A stretch of DNA of 64,000 nucleotides, taken from an uncultured Chloroflexia bacterium (GTDB lineage Bacteria > Chloroflexota > Limnocylindria > Limnocylindrales > CSP1-4). Position 1 is the stretch's first letter. Every line of letters starts with the position of its first letter. The position numbers and the translations under genes were made by a program. Below are positions 58,921-64,000 of the stretch, piece by piece. The stretch lies in contig CAVTKZ010000004.1 of the NCBI GenBank assembly GCA_963735455.1, positions 504,758 through 568,757 of the forward strand, given 5' to 3'. The notes below the pieces were generated by a model. The model was not told the origin of the DNA, ran no database searches, and saw nothing but the letters and a program-made list of their open reading frames with translations.

Positions 58921-59421
58921 ATGAACTACGAGCTGTTTATGGGCGAGGCACTGGCCGAAGCGGGGATCGCCCTCGAGGCCGGCGAGCGCCCGGTGGCGGC
59001 GGTCGCGGTGGTCAACGATGCGATGGTCGCCCGCGCCCGCGACCGGGTCCGCGAGACGAAGGATCCCACGGCCCATGCGGTGATCACCGCCCTGCGCGAG
59101 GCCGCTCGCCGGCTGGGCCCCGGGGCGCTGGCCGACGCCACCGTGTTCTGCACCCGGGAGCCCTGTCCGATGTGCGTCGGGGCGCTCCTCGAGAGCGACG
59201 TCGGCGCGCTCGTCTTCGCGGTCCCCAACCTGATCGACGGCGCCGCCGGCTCGGTCATCCAGCTGGCCCAGCACGCCGGCCTCCGCCGCCGGCTGCAGGT
59301 CGTCAGCGGGATCCGCCAGGCCGAGGCCGAGGAGCTCTTCGCCGCGCATCGCGCCGGCCGGCCGGCCGGCGCGGACAAGCCCGCCGGCCTGCCTGACGAG
59401 GGGCTCGCGGCTCGGGCCTGA
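58921..59421 (+). CDS. tadA: TadA-like nucleoside deaminase with degenerate active site (HAV in place of HAE)
   Basis: FMGEALAEA, GERPVAAV, DPTAHAV, EPCPMC, GAAGS; syntenic with tRNA-Ser, ffs and dnaX. Confidence 0.85.
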   Translation: MNYELFMGEALAEAGIALEAGERPVAAVAVVNDAMVARARDRVRETKDPTAHAVITALREAARRLGPGALADATVFCTREPCPMCVGALLESDVGALVFAVPNLIDGAAGSVIQLAQHAGLRRRLQVVSGIRQAEAEELFAAHRAGRPAGADKPAGLPDEGLAARA

Positions 59422-59444
59422 AGCGCTTTGGTATCCTCCCCGAC

Positions 59445-59530
<86 letters not shown>

Positions 59531-59594
59531 ACGTTCCCCTGACCGGTCGGTCCCGGGCGGCCGACCACGACCATCGGGCTGATGGTCGATTCCG

Positions 59595-59682
59595 GGAGAG
59601 GTCGCCTAGTGGCCTATGGCGCCGCATTGGAAATGCGGTTCGGGGCAACCCGTCGGGGGTTCGAATCCCCCCCTCTCCGCCA
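59595..59682 (+). tRNA. tRNA-Ser(GGA)
   Basis: Anticodon arm CCGCA-TTGGAAA-TGCGG; long variable arm; CCA. Confidence 0.96.
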
Positions 59683-59771
59683 CGCCTCCGCTCGGCCCAA
59701 GGTCGAGGTCACCCTGGCCCGGCCCGGCAGCCGCAGGCCGGGCGGGACGGTCCCCCTGCTATGATTCGGCG

Positions 59772-60037
59772 GCCGTGCTAGGCGGGGAACTAGCGGTGCC
59801 CTGTACCTGCAATCCGCTCCAGCAGGGCTGAATTCCCTCCCGAGGTCTCCGTTCTCGAAAGCCGCTGTCACGAGCGACGTTGAGGGCCGGGTCCCGCGCA
59901 GCGGCGACTCGTGAACCGTGTCAGGTCCGGAAGGAAGCAGCACTAAGCGATCTTCGCCGAGTGCCGCGGTACGGCCTGGTCCGAGCCGCTTGTGATGGAG
60001 GGCGCGGGGGCGTTCTGATCGACGGGGGGTGCACGGC
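59772..60037 (+). ncRNA. ffs: Signal recognition particle RNA, large bacterial type
   Basis: GCCGTGC..GCACGGC closing stem; Alu-like 5' part; GTCAGGTCCGGAAGGAAGCAGCA domain IV; extended -10 TGCTATGAT upstream; lies before dnaX. Confidence 0.95.
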
Positions 60038-60060
60038 ATATTGCTACCGGTGGACGGCCT

Positions 60061-61878
60061 TTGAACTCGAGCGACCCGCAGCCCAGCACCGCCTCCCTGG
60101 CAGATGCCGTCCCGGCGCCCCACCGCGCGCTGTACCGCCGCTGGCGGGCGCAGACGTTCGCCGAGATCGTCGGCCAGGAAGCCGTGGTCACCACGCTGCG
60201 TAATGCCGTGCGCACGAATCGGCTGGCCCATGGCCTCCTCTTCGTCGGTCCGCGGGGCACCGGCAAGACCTCCCTGGCCCGGATCGTGGCCAAGGCGATC
60301 AACTGCCCCAACGTCCATGACGGCGAGCCCGACGACACCTGCGAGGCGTGCACGGCGATCCGCGACGGTCGGGCCCTGGACGTGATCGAGATGGATGCCG
60401 CCTCGAACAACAAGGTCGACGACATGCGCGAGCTGCTCGAGCGGACCTGGACGGCGCCCTCGGACCTCAGCCGCAAGGTCTACATCGTCGACGAGGTCCA
60501 GCGGATCAAGGAGGGCTGGGACGTCCTCCTGAAGACCCTCGAGGAGCCGCCCGACCACGTCGTCTTCATCTTCTGCACGACCGACGCCAGCCAGATCCGG
60601 CCCGCCGTCCTGTCCCGCGTCCAGCGCTTCGACTTCACCCGGCTGAGCGTCGACCAGATCGCGGGCAAGCTCGACCGGATCCTGGCCGCCGACGGCCGGA
60701 CCGCCGAGCCGGGTGCGATCCAGCTGGTCGCCCGGCTGGCCGCCGGCGGGATGCGCGACGCCGAGTCGATCCTCGACCAGGTCCTGGCCTCGGGCGAGGA
60801 TCCGCTGACCGAGGCGCGGGTCGGCGACCTGCTGGGGCTGGTCGATTCGGAGACCGTCCACGGCTTCCTCGATGCCCTGGTGGGCGGCCGGGCGCTGGCC
60901 GGCCTGGCCGCCATCGACGGCCTGGAGGAGCGCGGCCGGGACCTGCATGTCTTCCTCGACCAGGTCGTCGACGCGGTCCGCCTGGCGCTGACCGGCCAGC
61001 TCGGTGACGCCGGCGCCGCCTGGCCGCTGGCCGACCTTGTCGCCGTTGGCCGGCGGCTGGCGGCGATCGACCCGAGCCGGGCGTCGATCGGTGGCCTCCG
61101 GTTCCAGCTCGAGCTGGCCCTTCTCGAAGGTGCGATGCCGCGGACCCCTTCGGCGATCCCGGTCGCGCCGGTCGCCATCGCAGTCGGACCGACGCCGGTG
61201 GCCGGCTCGCCGGCCAAGCCCGCCGAGCCGGTCAAGCCGGTTGTACCACTCAAGCCCGCTGAGCCGACCGTGCCTGCCCGGACGGGCGAACCGGACGAGC
61301 CGGGCGACCCGGTTCAGCCCGTCGCGCGGAGCTCGGCGCCCGAAGGGGCCGAGCCGCGCGAAGAGCGTGAACCGCCGGCTGCGGCGAGGATCGCGAAGTC
61401 GCCCGGGTCGAGCAAGGTTGCCAAGCCGGCCGAAGCGGACGAGCCCGACGAGCCGGCCGAGCCGGCCTCGGCGGCCGAACCGACCGAGCCGGCCATGCCG
61501 GCCGCGGCCGCCGGAGGCGTGCCGGCCAGCGCCGGCCTGGCCGAGCTGATCGCCGCCTGGCCCCGGATCGTCGCCGAGCTGAGCAGCAGCCCGCCGATCA
61601 AGCCCCTGGTCGAGGCCTGCCGGCCGATCGACATGACCGGCAACCAGGTGATCCTCGGCTTCCCCGAAGGCAAGGCCTTCCTGCGCGATGTCGCCGAGCG
61701 GCGCCGAACCCACCTGGAGGAGGGAATCGGGCGGGTCCTCGGCCGTGCCGTCGCCGTCCGGCTGGTGGCCACCAACCTCGACCTCCTGCCGGCGCCGGCG
61801 GCCGAGGAGATCGACCTGCTGACGATGGCCCGGCGCGTCTTCGCCGAGGACCTGGTCGATGCCGAGGAGGTCCACTGA
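60061..61878 (+). CDS. dnaX: DNA polymerase III subunit gamma/tau
   Basis: LYRRWR..F.EIVGQ, GPRGTGKTS, EMDAASN, LLKTLEEPP, GGMRDA. Confidence 0.95.
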   Translation: MNSSDPQPSTASLADAVPAPHRALYRRWRAQTFAEIVGQEAVVTTLRNAVRTNRLAHGLLFVGPRGTGKTSLARIVAKAINCPNVHDGEPDDTCEACTAIRDGRALDVIEMDAASNNKVDDMRELLERTWTAPSDLSRKVYIVDEVQRIKEGWDVLLKTLEEPPDHVVFIFCTTDASQIRPAVLSRVQRFDFTRLSVDQIAGKLDRILAADGRTAEPGAIQLVARLAAGGMRDAESILDQVLASGEDPLTEARVGDLLGLVDSETVHGFLDALVGGRALAGLAAIDGLEERGRDLHVFLDQVVDAVRLALTGQLGDAGAAWPLADLVAVGRRLAAIDPSRASIGGLRFQLELALLEGAMPRTPSAIPVAPVAIAVGPTPVAGSPAKPAEPVKPVVPLKPAEPTVPARTGEPDEPGDPVQPVARSSAPEGAEPREEREPPAAARIAKSPGSSKVAKPAEADEPDEPAEPASAAEPTEPAMPAAAAGGVPASAGLAELIAAWPRIVAELSSSPPIKPLVEACRPIDMTGNQVILGFPEGKAFLRDVAERRRTHLEEGIGRVLGRAVAVRLVATNLDLLPAPAAEEIDLLTMARRVFAEDLVDAEEVH

Positions 61879-62008
61879 GGCTGCGCCCGGCCCCCGGCCG
61901 GAGCGACGCGACCGGCGAGCCACCGGCCGACCCGGGCAGCGCCCTGCGCTGGCCCGCGCCATCCGCCAGACTGTCGAGCGCAGACCGGATCACGGAGGAG
62001 TCTCTCGA

Positions 62009-62314
62009 ATGAGCATGGCCAACCTTCAGCGGATGGCGCAGCAGATGCAGCAGGAGATGCTGCGCGTCCAGGGCGAGCTGGCGACCGCGACCGTCGACGG
62101 CTCGGCCGGCGGCGGCGTCGTCAAGGCAACCGTCACCGGCAAGCAGGAGCTGGTCAGCATCACGATCGACCCGTCGGCGGTCGACCCGGCCGACGTCGAG
62201 ATGCTCCAGGACCTCGTGACCGCGGCGGTCAATGACGCCTTGAACGCGTCGCGTGAGCTGGCCGAGACGAAGATGGCGGCCGTCACCGGCGGCCTGCGCC
62301 TGCCCGGGATGTAG
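62009..62314 (+). CDS. ybaB: YbaB/EbfC nucleoid-associated protein
   Basis: AQQMQ, GSAGGGVV, EMLQDLVTAAVNDA. Confidence 0.95.
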   Translation: MSMANLQRMAQQMQQEMLRVQGELATATVDGSAGGGVVKATVTGKQELVSITIDPSAVDPADVEMLQDLVTAAVNDALNASRELAETKMAAVTGGLRLPGM

Positions 62315-62327
62315 GGCCGCCGCCAGC

Positions 62328-62951
62328 GTGTCCAGCCCGGTCATCGAACCCGTCGCCCGCCTGATCGAGGCGTTCTCACGGCTGCCCGGGATCGGGCCCA
62401 AGACCGCCCAGCGCCTGACCTTCCACCTGCTCCGGGCGCCCGACGCCGAGGCTCGCCAGCTTGCCGCGGCCCTGGTCGCCGTCCGCGACGAGGTCGTCTT
62501 CTGCGAGCGCTGCTTCAACATCAGCGACGCGGCTCTCTGTCCGCTGTGTCGCGATCCGGCCCGGGATGGCCGCCGGCTGTGCGTGGTCGAGGAGCCGCTC
62601 GACGTCCTGGCCCTGGAGCGGACCGGCGAGTTCAAGGGCCTCTACCACGTCCTCCACGGGGCGATCTCGCCGATCGACGGGATCGGCCCGGACCGGCTCC
62701 GGATCCGCGAGCTGCTCGGGCGGGTCGAGGAGGCGTTCGCGGCCGGCGAGCCGTTCGAGGAGGTGATCCTGGCCACCAATCCGACCCTCGAGGGCGAGGC
62801 GACGGCGATGTTCCTCGACGAGCGGCTCGACGGCCGGGTCGGCGTGGTCAGCCGGATCGCCCGCGGGATCCCGGTCGGGGGCGACCTCGAGTACGCCGAC
62901 GAAGTGACCCTGATCCGGGCCCTTCAGGGCCGCCGGGCGATCCGGGCCTGA
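62328..62951 (+). CDS. recR: Recombination mediator RecR
   Basis: LPGIGPKTAQR, CERC..CPLC, YHVLHG, LATNPTLEGEATA. Confidence 0.97.
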   Translation: MSSPVIEPVARLIEAFSRLPGIGPKTAQRLTFHLLRAPDAEARQLAAALVAVRDEVVFCERCFNISDAALCPLCRDPARDGRRLCVVEEPLDVLALERTGEFKGLYHVLHGAISPIDGIGPDRLRIRELLGRVEEAFAAGEPFEEVILATNPTLEGEATAMFLDERLDGRVGVVSRIARGIPVGGDLEYADEVTLIRALQGRRAIRA

Positions 62952-63023
62952 GATTGACTGCCGTGAGCCGCATCTCGTGAGCCACAGCTTGCCGGCGAAG
63001 CGGCGTCCCCCGAGCCGCATCTC

Positions 63024-63209
63024 GTGAGCAACCTGATCGTCGAGCTGCTGCTGCGCCTGGCCAAGGCCGGCGCGGCGGCCGTCGTCGGATTGTTGGTCTA
63101 TCTCGTCTCGATCGGCCTGCTGGGCGCAGCCCCGTCGGTCGAGCTGGCCCTGCTGTGCTGGCTGTCCGGGGCCGCGTTCCTGCTCCTGGTGGAATCCTCG
63201 CCGTTCTGA
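63024..63209 (+). CDS. Small two-TM membrane protein (61 aa)
   Basis: Two hydrophobic helices and GC3 bias. Confidence 0.55.
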   Translation: MSNLIVELLLRLAKAGAAAVVGLLVYLVSIGLLGAAPSVELALLCWLSGAAFLLLVESSPF

Positions 63210-63240
63210 GGCCGCGGGTCTCTGGTGGCGCCCAGGCGCC

Positions 63241-63620
63241 CGGATATGACCCCCATGCTTAGCAGATGCGTTTCAGGGCCCCTCGAACCCCACCTCGCGC
63301 ACTGTCGACCCGGCTCGCGGCCCGGCTCGTCTCGCGCCCACGCACGAATCACTTCGAAGGCGCCGGACACGGGCGTCTGCGAAGTGCTCCAGGGGCCCGC
63401 TAACGTGCTTCCTAAGCATGGGGGTCATATCCGCGACGCCAGCGACGGGCGGCCCGCACCGGCCCCAGCCGCTGGCCGCTGACGCGCTCCCTATCCGCGA
63501 CGCCAGCGACGGGCGGCCCGCACCGGCCCCAGCCGCTGGGCGCTCACGCGCTTCCTAAGCATGGGGCTCATATCCGCGACGCCAGCGACGGGCGGCCCGC
63601 ATCGGCCCCAGTCGCTGGCC
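63241..63620. repeat. Composite inverted and direct repeat array upstream of the rRNA promoter
   Basis: 22-bp CGGATATGACCCCCATGCTTAG (63241) inverted at 63412 and near-copied at 63555; 48-bp TATCCGCGACGCCAGCGACGGGCGGCCCGCA..GCTGG at 63428, 63492 and 63571. Confidence 0.88.
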
Positions 63621-63644
63621 GCGAATCCACCCCGGCCTCGGGGT

Positions 63645-63673
63645 TTGACACCCCTCCTGGGCTCACCTAGTAT
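63645..63673 (+). promoter_or_regulatory. rRNA operon promoter
   Basis: TTGACA-N17-TAGTAT; boxA-like TGCACCTTAACAA at about 63814. Confidence 0.75.
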
Positions 63674-63912
63674 TCGGCCTCGCGCCCCCAGGATTCCTGG
63701 GGTCAACGCTCGGGCCGGCTCACCGGTCCACCCGGTCCCTCTCGTTTGACAGGTCGGGTTCCGATGCGTCAACATAGACGCTTGCGCCCGGTGCCGTCGT
63801 GCCCCGGATGCACTGCACCTTAACAATTGAAGAGTGACAGGAAATCCGGGTAAGGAATGTGCGAGCGGTCAAACCCTCGAAATTGGAGTCCCGGCCGCAA
63901 GGTCGGGGCTTT

Positions 63913-64000
63913 TTGTCGGAGAGTTTGATCCTGGCTCAGGATAAACGCTGGCGGCGTGCATGAGACATGCAAGTCAAACGGACGATCAGGGCTTGCTCTG
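63913..64000 (+). rRNA. rrs: 16S rRNA, 5' end (truncated by the window)
   Basis: AGAGTTTGATCCTGGCTCAG at 63920-63939, then AACGCTGGCGGCGTGC..ACATGCAAGTC. Confidence 0.98.

Noticed and set aside
63405-63620. CRISPR array
   Set aside because: Three 48-bp units with short, related spacers (16 and 31 bp) and no cas genes.
63746-63775. Second rRNA promoter
   Set aside because: TTGACA is present but the -10 (CAACAT) is poor; not supportable.

Overview
Very GC-rich bacterial core-chromosome window. The T-box, long SRP RNA, tadA-tRNA-ffs-dnaX-ybaB-recR order and 16S 5' end suggest a Terrabacteria lineage, probably Chloroflexota (inference). Contents in order: cyanophycin/amino-acid cluster (cphA, a CphA paralog lacking the ATP-grasp domain, M20 peptidase, RidA, azlCD, ggt, MFS, degV, gdh); panC-panB-coaBC-coaX; M16 peptidase; ndk; a degenerate Hyf/Mrp-like membrane pair; lepB; hppA-uppP-argR; greA-class I lysS-serS; a small pilin/Cys-rich patch after tRNA-Ser; a T-box-controlled trp operon with a TrpC-TrpF-TrpB fusion, converging on a complete shikimate operon led by a Phe/Tyr leader-peptide attenuator; five tRNAs; PPi-type PFK; a degenerate TadA; ffs-dnaX-ybaB-recR; and the start of 16S rRNA. 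Top candidates: (1) tRNA-Arg with anticodon GCG plus a TadA ortholog lacking its catalytic Glu; (2) a Mur-ligase-only CphA paralog beside cphA and an M20 peptidase; (3) an MHTFFFAY attenuator on the aro operon; (4) the TrpCFB fusion. Many single-base frameshifts (ggt, MFS, gdh, 14.1-14.4 kb, 42.6-45.7 kb, 56.2-56.5 kb) look like sequencing errors, so single-base claims need read-level checks. No CRISPR, IS or prophage was seen. All calls come from reading motifs by eye; no searches were run.
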